This document shows, in pieces, positions 9,449 to 15,696 of a stretch of 32,000 nt of DNA (the first letter of the stretch is position 1; the number at the start of each line of letters is the position of its first letter). The notes beneath the pieces were generated by a model. That model ran no database searches. It saw only the letters and a list, made by a program, of their open reading frames with translations, and had not been told where the DNA came from. A program made the translations under genes and the position numbers. Source of the DNA: Polyangiaceae bacterium (GTDB taxonomy: Bacteria > Myxococcota_A > Polyangia > Polyangiales > Polyangiaceae); NCBI GenBank assembly GCA_025937785.1, contig JAICQQ010000002.1, positions 123,365-155,364 of the forward strand, in the 5' to 3' direction.

Positions 9449-10531
9449 TCAGCCGCTGGAAACGACTCGGTTCCGCCCGCCGTTCTTGGCGCCGTAGAGC
9501 CGGCGATCGGCAGCGGCAAGCAGCGCAATTTCGGACTTCTCTTCGCAGCAGGCCAGCGTCGCGCAGCCGATGCTGATGGTGATGGGAATGGGGGCGCCGT
9601 TGGCGACGACCGGCAGCGCGGCCACGGTCGTACGCAGCCTTTCGCTCAGGCGGGCGGCACCGACCAGGTTCACCCCGCGTAAGATCACCGCGAACTCTTC
9701 ACCGCCGAAGCGGGCAAACATGTCTTCGGTGCGCAGCCGCTGCGCGATGGCTCGAGCAGTCTGCTTCAACACCAAATCACCGGCGGCATGGCCATGCTTG
9801 TCGTTGACCGACTTGAAATGGTCGATGTCGATCATGATCAGCGCCACGCTGGTCCGGTGTCGCAGGGCATAGGCGAGCTCGCTGTGCAGCCGGTCGTCGA
9901 AATGCTTGCGGTTGTGACTTCCGGTGAGCGCGTCGCGCGTGCTGGACTCGTACAGCTGGCGCATCAGCTGCTCTTGTTCTTCATCGACCAAGGCAAAGCG
10001 CAGCCCGACACGCCTGCCGATGTAGATGACGTCGCCGTCCTTCAGCGGGCGCTGCGCGTCCGCCGGGCGCCGCTGGCGGTCGCCGTCACTCGCGACGTAG
10101 GTGCCGTTCTGAGAGCCGAGGTCTTCGACGAAGGTGGCCCCATTCGTTTGGAACATGCGCGCATGAAAGCGACTAATGCCGAGGTCTTGGATGCGCATGC
10201 GGTTACCGGGGTGGCGTCCCACGGTCAGCGGGATTCCGTCCAAGGACGAGATCTGGCCCGCGTGCACGCCGTCGAGGCGCACGAGGATCGGACGGTTCTT
10301 CGCTTGCAGTTCGCGCTGGCTGCCGGCGCCCTCGAGCAGATCGGTGATCTCGGTATCGCGGTCGTATTCGCTGTCTTCGACCCAGGAAGGAATCGACGCG
10401 CGGCCCGAGCCGCCCGTACGCACCACGGGCAGTTCTGGTCGCGTCGGGGTCGACGCGGGCTGCATTCCTGAGGACTGGTCGATGCTGGTGGGGCCCGCCG
10501 GTCGCGAGGGGAGCCACGCTTCTCGCCCCAT
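9449..10531 (-). CDS. FHA-domain diguanylate cyclase (FHA-GGDEF)
   Basis: FHA signature: LTVGRHPGNRMRIQDLGISRFHARMF...GSQNGTYV. The GGDEF domain has active site RFGGEEF and a canonical I-site RTED five residues upstream (RxxD-x5-GGEEF). The start is taken as ATG 10531 (MGREAW), which lies downstream of the stop of the preceding gene. ATG 10465 is the alternative. Confidence 0.9.
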   Translation of the reverse strand: MGREAWLPSRPAGPTSIDQSSGMQPASTPTRPELPVVRTGGSGRASIPSWVEDSEYDRDTEITDLLEGAGSQRELQAKNRPILVRLDGVHAGQISSLDGIPLTVGRHPGNRMRIQDLGISRFHARMFQTNGATFVEDLGSQNGTYVASDGDRQRRPADAQRPLKDGDVIYIGRRVGLRFALVDEEQEQLMRQLYESSTRDALTGSHNRKHFDDRLHSELAYALRHRTSVALIMIDIDHFKSVNDKHGHAAGDLVLKQTARAIAQRLRTEDMFARFGGEEFAVILRGVNLVGAARLSERLRTTVAALPVVANGAPIPITISIGCATLACCEEKSEIALLAAADRRLYGAKNGGRNRVVSSG

Positions 10532-10560
10532 GCGGGGTTTTGGAGAGAGGAATCGCTCGC

Positions 10561-11838
10561 TCACCACGCTACCTTTGGAAAGGCGCGGCCTGGCTTCGCA
10601 AACAGGAAGCCTTGCAACAGCTCGCAACCAGATTCAATCAGAACGTCACGCTCGTCCACCGTTTCGACCCCTTCTGCTACGACCTTCATGCCTAAATCTC
10701 GACACAAGTCCGTCATCGAGCGGATGACCTTTTGCTGAGTCAGGCTCAAGTGTACGTCTCGGATCAGGGACATGTCGAGCTTCACGTAGTCCGGCTCTAG
10801 TAGAGCCAGACTGGTCAAACCGGCGTAACCCGACCCCATGTCGTCCACGGCGATGCGAAACCCCATTTCTCGCAGCGCGGCGATGTGCGAGCGCGTGCTT
10901 TTCACTTCATCGAGGCTGGAACGCTCGGTCACCTCCAAAACCACACGGTCGGCGATTTGGGACAAAGGTGCGCGGGGATTCTTCAGCAGCGGATCGTCCA
11001 GGTCGGTGACGTGCAAGTTCACGAACAGCAGGCCGGGCGGGGCCGCCGCCCCCGCGAAGGGCTCGGCGGCACGGTCGCGTGTGACGCGCCCGAGTTGGTC
11101 GAGACGGCCGAGGCGCTTGGCCGCCTCGCACACCAGCACCGGATGCGGAAGTGCAGGCTCGGTGCTGCGCAGCAGCGCCTCGTACCCGAAGATTTCTTGG
11201 TGCACGACGTCGACGATGGGGTGGTAAGCAATCCAGAGTTCTTGCAGGCAACGATCGAGGGTCGCGTCCAGACCGGCATGGAGCGCCGTCATTGCCGTGT
11301 GACTCGGCCGCAATTGAGAGGCGTCCGAAGGAACGCGGCTCCGGCGCCAACTCGCAGCCCGGTCGACCACGCGCTCGAGCTCCGGCAGGCCCGTGGTCTT
11401 CGCCAGGTAGTGGAAGGCGCCGAATTCGAGGGCCTGCACCGCGCCGTCGAGAACGGGTGCCCCGGTGAGCAACACCACCGGCACCCTGAGGTCGTGTTGG
11501 CGCACGACCTGGAGCAGCTCGATCCCGTCCATACTCGGCATGCGCACATCGCTGACGATCACGTCGTAGCTGGTTTGATCGACGTATTCGACCGCTTCTT
11601 GACCGCTGGCAGCCACGTCCACATAGTAGCCCTGCTGTCTGAGCTGCCGCGCGAGGATCAGCCGAACGTCGGGATCATCGTCGACCAACAGCAAGCGCGC
11701 CCGATGGGAGGTTCCGGTCGTTCTGGTCGAGGTTGCTCGGATCTTCGTGCACGAGTCGACGTGTTCATCGATGCACGGCGCGGGCGCGGGGGGCGTCGAA
11801 GCAGGATTCCCCGCGGCGGCTAAAGGGCGGTCACCCAT
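10561..11838 (-). CDS. response-regulator receiver + EAL domain c-di-GMP phosphodiesterase
   Basis: REC domain: RLLLVDDDPDVR...DVIVSDVRMPSMDG...PVVLLTG. EAL catalytic signature residues are present: EALLRS, FVNLH, LEVTERS, AVDDMGSGYAG, DYVKLD, VAEGVET, QGFLFAKP. The start is taken as ATG 11838, preceded by ggacAGGAGt. The track ORF extends to 12093 with no supporting signal. Confidence 0.9.
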   Translation of the reverse strand: MGDRPLAAAGNPASTPPAPAPCIDEHVDSCTKIRATSTRTTGTSHRARLLLVDDDPDVRLILARQLRQQGYYVDVAASGQEAVEYVDQTSYDVIVSDVRMPSMDGIELLQVVRQHDLRVPVVLLTGAPVLDGAVQALEFGAFHYLAKTTGLPELERVVDRAASWRRSRVPSDASQLRPSHTAMTALHAGLDATLDRCLQELWIAYHPIVDVVHQEIFGYEALLRSTEPALPHPVLVCEAAKRLGRLDQLGRVTRDRAAEPFAGAAAPPGLLFVNLHVTDLDDPLLKNPRAPLSQIADRVVLEVTERSSLDEVKSTRSHIAALREMGFRIAVDDMGSGYAGLTSLALLEPDYVKLDMSLIRDVHLSLTQQKVIRSMTDLCRDLGMKVVAEGVETVDERDVLIESGCELLQGFLFAKPGRAFPKVAW

Positions 11839-11903
11839 ACTCCTGTCCGTAAACGGCACACCGGGCCCGTGGCTGAAGGGCTCAGCCTCCGGTCGCTGCC
11901 TTC

Positions 11904-11996
11904 TCAGAACGAGACGCAGGCTGTGGCGAACGCCGCCGCTTTCGCCGGGCTGCGAGCCGCGGCCGCAAAAACCGGTACCCCGGTCTGATGATTCAT
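11904..11996 (-). CDS. speculative 30-codon upstream ORF (MNHQTGVPVFAAAARSPAKAAAFATACVSF)
   Basis: A strong SD, GGAAGGAG, sits 5 nt upstream of the ATG (caGGAAGGAGatgtgATGaat). GC3 is about 70% over 29 codons. The ORF ends 66 nt upstream of the REC-EAL start and is too short for the ORF track. I recognise no homology. Confidence 0.25.
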   Translation of the reverse strand: MNHQTGVPVFAAAARSPAKAAAFATACVSF

Positions 11997-12303
11997 CACA
12001 TCTCCTTCCTGATGTCATACGAGTTTTCTGCACCGCTCTTCGTACAACTGGAGGCGCGTCACGACCGCCGCTAAGAACTGCCCAGAACACCAAGCGCAGA
12101 CCAAGGAGAACATCTACTTCTGCCGCTCGCAGATCGCAGCGTTTGGGTTTCGTGAATCGCTCAGCCCGGGCGGGGCAAGCACATCACTCGTCAAGGACAC
12201 TCCGGAAGCCGCCAATCATCAGATCCTGACAGGCTCATCCAATAGGGGCGCGTGACGTTCAAGCAACTTAGAGACCTTTCCGACCGCCCCGACCACCGGG
12301 ATA

Positions 12304-12319
12304 CCAGGGTAGGCCCTGG
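12304..12319. promoter_or_regulatory. 16-bp palindrome CCAGGG-TAGG-CCCTGG, candidate enhancer (UAS) site for the sigma-54 promoter
   Basis: The 6-bp arms are perfect, and the centre lies about 134 nt upstream of the predicted +1 (12446). This is the usual distance for bacterial enhancer-binding-protein sites. It overlaps the first of four GCGCAT(C/T) repeats (12318, 12332, 12405, 12420). Confidence 0.25.
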
Positions 12320-12419
12320 CGCATCGGCGTGGGCGCATCAACGTGGTGAGTCCGCGGCGTCAGCCGAGAGCGCGGCGCGTGGGCTCGTCGTGCGTGGCGT
12401 GTGATGCGCATCGAGCGTC

Positions 12420-12435
12420 TGGCGCATTCGTTGCA
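12420..12435 (+). promoter_or_regulatory. near-consensus sigma-54 (RpoN) -24/-12 promoter
   Basis: The sequence cTGGCGCattcgTTGCActg differs from the consensus TGGCAC-N5-TTGCW by one core mismatch (A to G). The GG (12421-22) to GC (12433-34) spacing is exactly 12. The predicted +1 is about 12446. It lies inside an ORF-poor region with no SD-led ORF downstream. Confidence 0.45.
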
Positions 12436-12445
12436 CTGCCAAAAA

Positions 12446-12524
12446 CGATGCCCGCAAGAACGATGCCGCAACGCGGTTCGTGCGCCGGCGTGAAGCGCGG
12501 CGTCGGATCGTCGCGCGGGCATCG
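12446..12524. other. 79-nt nested hairpin (10-bp outer stem, 9-bp inner stem)
   Basis: CGATGCCCGC (12446-12455) is the perfect reverse complement of GCGGGCATCG (12515-12524). CGATGCCGC (12461-12469) pairs with GCGGCGTCG (12497-12505) with one G-U pair. The two 5' arms form a tandem repeat, AACGATGCC(C)GCAA x2. A5 lies immediately to the left (12441-12445). On the minus strand the structure is therefore followed by UUUUU, which is terminator-like. On the plus strand it begins at the predicted sigma-54 +1. Confidence 0.4.
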
Positions 12525-12726
12525 CCCCGAAAATGTGAACAGACGACGGACGAGCGAGGACGGATGGACAGCGCGTGTGCTCTGCAAACGCAAATGGCGT
12601 CGGAACTGATTTTACCCCTTGCCGGACCATGATCCGCGCGTCATATTCTTCAATGGAAGTTCACGGCACATCCAATCGTGACGCGCTGTGAAGCAAACCG
12701 CTGTGATGCTGACGCTGCGAAGCGAT

Positions 12727-12781
12727 AACGCAGAGCAGGCAAACGCAGAGCAGCGCAATAGCGCAGAGAAAGAACGCAGAG
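12727..12781. repeat. four copies of A(A/G)CGCAGAG in 55 nt
   Basis: CGCAGAG occurs at 12729, 12744, 12762 and 12775, with spacings of 15, 18 and 13 nt. Three copies are AACGCAGAG and one is AGCGCAGAG. Confidence 0.7.
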
Positions 12782-13077
12782 GTTGCACGAAGCACTGCGA
12801 GGGCCTCGGAGCTTCTTCGAAGTCATCGCCGGGACACTGAAGGGAGTTCGTCAGGGCTTCTCTGAGGTGGTCCGCAAAAAGGTGTGACGCTGGTGAATCT
12901 CACGTGACCGTCGTAAGCGGTGGCGCGTGATTCCTGGCGTGGCAGCGCTGAGCGATCGGTGCGGCTTGCGGCAACTGAAAGCACTTCTGGTGGTCACTCA
13001 CCGGGCTATCGTTCGCGCGGTGGTTCGTCGAGTCTGCCTCGGCTGGCGTTCTGCTGGATCATGTCTCCGATGATCCG

Positions 13078-13125
13078 AGTCGAACGTTGCCGACGCGAGG
13101 TGTTTGGCGCAGTCGAAAGTTGGCC
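13078..13125. repeat. imperfect direct repeat AGTCGAA(C/A)GTTG(G)CC x2, 33 nt apart
   Basis: The copies are AGTCGAACGTTGCC (13078-13091) and AGTCGAAAGTTGGCC (13111-13125). A 7-bp-stem hairpin, GGATCAT-N7-ATGATCC (13056-13076), lies immediately upstream. Confidence 0.6.
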
Positions 13126-13169
13126 TCTGGGCATGCCCCATCGCTGACTGGCGACGCGCCGGTCGGTTC

Positions 13170-13187
13170 CTGGTTCCTCGGAACCAG
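13170..13187. promoter_or_regulatory. 18-bp perfect palindrome CTGGTTCC-TC-GGAACCAG (operator-like)
   Basis: The 8-bp arms are separated by 2 nt. That is too tight for an RNA hairpin loop, so a dimeric DNA-binding-protein site is more likely. An extra GGTTCC half-copy directly precedes it. Confidence 0.3.
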
Positions 13188-13210
13188 CATCCCGCGGGAT
13201 GTTCGAACCG

Positions 13211-13235
13211 CTCGCCTCCGGCGAGGTTCTTTTCC
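13211..13235 (+). terminator. weak intrinsic-terminator-like hairpin
   Basis: The hairpin is CTCGCC-tcc-GGCGAG (6-bp GC-rich stem, 3-nt loop), followed by GTTCTTTTCC. Confidence 0.25.
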
Positions 13236-13382
13236 TGCCACGGAAGCTCGAACTTTCGTTTGGTGATCATGACCTAGTCAGCGGCACGCGAGGCCGCCGT
13301 CCCTCCCTAACCAGAGGCACGGCGGTCCCTAGCGTCGTCAGTGGGCCCTTCGAGGTCTGCTGGTGAAGCGAACCCGTGTCGG

Positions 13383-13423
13383 GTCGAAGTTCGGCGTCGC
13401 GTCGAAGTTCGGCGTCGCGTCGA
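13383..13423. repeat. 18-nt tandem duplication GTCGAAGTTCGGCGTCGC x2 plus a partial third copy
   Basis: The copies at 13383-13400 and 13401-13418 are identical. GTCGA at 13419-13423 begins a third copy. Confidence 0.8.
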
Positions 13424-14464
13424 TCCACTTTGATCAATCCCGGCTTCGGCTGGTGAGTTCTGACTGGCGATAGGCATTCTGGATGCGTGGACGGGCACTG
13501 TCATGCGGTGCTCGAAGACGCCTCCAGGCTCGTGTGGGATCCACGCGCGCCACCGAATGTCAGCAGTCGATGGGCGGCATCTGGGCTCTGGTGAACAGCC
13601 AAGGCTCGGGCTTCGCCGGTCGGTGAAAGTGAGTGTTTGCGGCATGAACAGCAGCACTCGTCCCAGCTTCGGGTGGGACCGCCAAGCGTCGTGCACCTCG
13701 AGCGCTCGTCTTTGACAATCGGGTAGCAGAAGCTGTCTCGAGCGAGATAGCGCGTATCGTTCCTTGGGCTTCGTCCGTTCATCGGCCCGTCCCGAGGAAC
13801 GCTACGGGCAGCGGTCGCGGTGAAATGGGTGCGTCGGTGACGCGAGCCCCAGGCCGCGCGATCGTGTCTCGACCGATCAGCGGAAGGCGTCTGAGCCATG
13901 GAGTGCCGTCCCCGTCAACGCGGGGGCGCTGCGACGTGGCTTGGCTCCGATGAGGCATCTCGGGCATCCGATCGGCATTCGAACGAGGCCCAGGAGGCCA
14001 TGGCCGTCCTGCAAAGGTGGAGTCTTGGTGCGACGGCTCACTCGAGCGACATCAGACGTCAGAAGTTCGACGATTCTTGGACGCAGTGCTGACCATCTCA
14101 CGGTGGAAGCACAGGTTCAGCAGCACGAGTGTCGAGAAGGCGGCGTGAACGAGCGAAGGTGCCGGCAGGACCCTGTTGAAAAAGCACGGTCTGGACGGCG
14201 CTGGGTTCGAACGCGCATTTCTTCGGAAACGAGGAGCCCTCCGAACACAGTCTCTGAAAGCACACGCAAGCGTTCCAGAGCGTTGGGCCGAAGCCATCGG
14301 GACGAACCTCCCGATGTCGTTGCGGGCCAGGCAGCGCGAACTGCGCGGGCTCGTCTCGAGATACCCGATTCAAGACGTGAGGATGTCACGCTCACCGGCG
14401 ACGGCCAGGAGCGTGAGGCCGAACGCGAGGCGCTGTGGCACCTCGATTCGGAAGTGAATTCCCC

Positions 14465-14503
14465 AAAAAGGCGATCTGGGTGACCCGGTCGCCTTTTGGT
14501 TTT
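14465..14503. terminator. bidirectional rho-independent terminator
   Basis: The sequence is AAAAA-GGCGATCTGGG-tga-CCCGGTCGCC-TTTTGGTTTT: a GC-rich stem with one bulge and one G-U pair, flanked by an A-run and a T-run. It lies 26 nt downstream of the stop of the minus-strand lipoprotein gene (14519). It also closes the ORF-poor region for plus-strand transcripts. Confidence 0.6.
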
Positions 14504-14518
14504 CCATGGCTCGTGGCA

Positions 14519-15694
14519 TCACTCGTAGCCGCTGCCGTCGGGCGGAGGCACGATCGAACCCTCGTCCTCGTCGTCGCCCGTAGCAGCGGCAGGAGGCGTC
14601 GTCGGAGCCGGCGACGGCTCGTTAGCGGTGGCAGGAGCACCCGAGGGAGATCGAGGTGCGGGGACTCCCTCGTTGGGGTCAGGCGCGAGGTCCATGTCCC
14701 ACGGATCGCGAGCGCGGGTTTGGAACGTGGGGGTGCTGTGAGGGTCGCAGCCGGGGCCGAACCCGCTCGCATCGAAGCCCAGCTCGACGTCGCCGGTGCG
14801 TTCTTCTCCGGCCTGGTTGACGTACCTCACCTCGAGTCGCACGATGGGCGTGCCTGCACGCGCCGGCGAGCAGTACTGAACCAGGTAGTGGCTGGCTCGC
14901 GCGTCGTTCACCAAGCGCGCTGCTTCCAAGAACGCGGGACCGAGCGCAGCAGCCGATTCAGCCTCGACCTTGCCGGAGGGCCCGACGTCGTCGAGGTAGT
15001 AGTTGCCCTCGGATCTCACACCCACGGCGAAGGCAGCGTAGGCGCTGGTGCTGAGGGCGCTATAGACGGTGTCGCTGGTTTCGCGCGCTGCGACGTCTGG
15101 GCCGCGGGTAAAGACCACGAGCGTGCCCACGCGCACTGGCCGTCTGACACGCATCAGCTGGGCGTTGAGGCGCTTGATGGCCAAGATCGCCGCGCCGTTC
15201 AGGTTGCGGGAGGGGTCGCCTGACGTGAGCCCCGTGAGCCGCACCTCGCCGCTGTGGCCCACCTGGAATTCACCGAGCTTGCGGAGCTCGCTGCCTCCGT
15301 CGAAGCCGAACACGGAGACGCCCTCGAATCTACTCACCGATTGTACGAAGCCGGCGACCGCGCTCTTTAGATCTTCGCGCTGGCGTTGGTCGAGCTCACC
15401 GCTCAGGTCGAGCAGCAAAAGCACGTGGTGTACGACCGCCGCGTCTTGAGCCAAGAGCGTGAGTCGAGCCTGGCTCTGGTCGATGGGCTTGTCGTTTTCG
15501 TAGACGGCGAAATTGCTTTCGTCCAGATCGGTCAGCCGTGCGTCGCCGTCCTTGATCGCGACATAGATCGCCACGTTGCTCGGCTTTTGCACCGAACTAT
15601 GCACCGGCTTGACCTCCACGCTGCCGAGAGCAAGCTGACAACCCGAGAGCAGGACGACAATCAACAGCAACGCAGTGCGTTCGACTCGAAACAT
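14519..15694 (-). CDS. lipoprotein with VWA-like central region and Pro-rich acidic C-terminus (391 aa)
   Basis: The signal peptide has a canonical lipobox (LLLIVVLLSGC). GGGAG lies 5 nt upstream of ATG 15694. The segment HHVLLLLDLSGELD is MIDAS-like (DxSxS would be canonical; here it is DLSGE). The ORF is long with high GC3. The VWA assignment is inference only. Confidence 0.8.
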   Translation of the reverse strand: MFRVERTALLLIVVLLSGCQLALGSVEVKPVHSSVQKPSNVAIYVAIKDGDARLTDLDESNFAVYENDKPIDQSQARLTLLAQDAAVVHHVLLLLDLSGELDQRQREDLKSAVAGFVQSVSRFEGVSVFGFDGGSELRKLGEFQVGHSGEVRLTGLTSGDPSRNLNGAAILAIKRLNAQLMRVRRPVRVGTLVVFTRGPDVAARETSDTVYSALSTSAYAAFAVGVRSEGNYYLDDVGPSGKVEAESAAALGPAFLEAARLVNDARASHYLVQYCSPARAGTPIVRLEVRYVNQAGEERTGDVELGFDASGFGPGCDPHSTPTFQTRARDPWDMDLAPDPNEGVPAPRSPSGAPATANEPSPAPTTPPAAATGDDEDEGSIVPPPDGSGYE

Positions 15695-15696
15695 GG

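Noticed and set aside
13436-13845. Fragments resembling RNase P RNA conserved regions: CCCGGCTT at 13439 and GGTGAAATGGGTGCG at 13818.
   Set aside because: They are in the wrong order for RNase P (the CR-V-like piece precedes the P10-12-like piece). No GAGGAAAGTCCGGGC (CR-I) is present on that strand. The helices that should flank them cannot be drawn.
13195-14215. tRNA-like GGTTCGAA / GTTCGAAC strings (13199, 13977, 14204), possible tRNA or tmRNA genes or att-site remnants.
   Set aside because: The flanks do not form a 5-bp T-stem with a 7-nt loop, no acceptor/D/anticodon arms can be drawn, and there is no CCA-proximal acceptor pairing. No tmRNA tag-like reading frame ending in a hydrophobic AA is present.
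12268-14483. Track ORFs inside the ORF-poor region: 12268..12630, 12343..12609, 12998..13270, 13307..13696, 13501..13899, 13941..14483, 14052..14297 and others. Also two sub-threshold ORFs over the AACGCAGAG repeats (12650..12826 minus, 58 aa; plus-strand MLTLRSDNAEQANAEQ...).
   Set aside because: None has an SD at a proper distance, except a GGAGG 9 nt upstream of 14297. None shows GC3 enrichment. The compositions are highly basic and Ser/Arg/Pro-rich, and I recognise no motif. They are mutually overlapping in different frames. A weak resemblance of 14300-14420 to a Phd/YefM-type antitoxin, requiring a frameshift, is too tenuous to call.
12094-14518. CRISPR array, retron (msr/msd), group II intron, oriC or a c-di-GMP riboswitch as explanations for the ORF-poor region.
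   Set aside because: There are no regularly spaced 25-40 nt repeats. No reverse transcriptase or IEP ORF is present, and there is no GUGYG 5' end or domain-V-like hairpin. Only two poor DnaA-box-like strings occur, GATC is not clearly enriched (14 observed against ~9 expected), and no dnaA/dnaN neighbours are present. GGCAAAC strings lack the paired GEMM helices. cmscan would be the decisive test.
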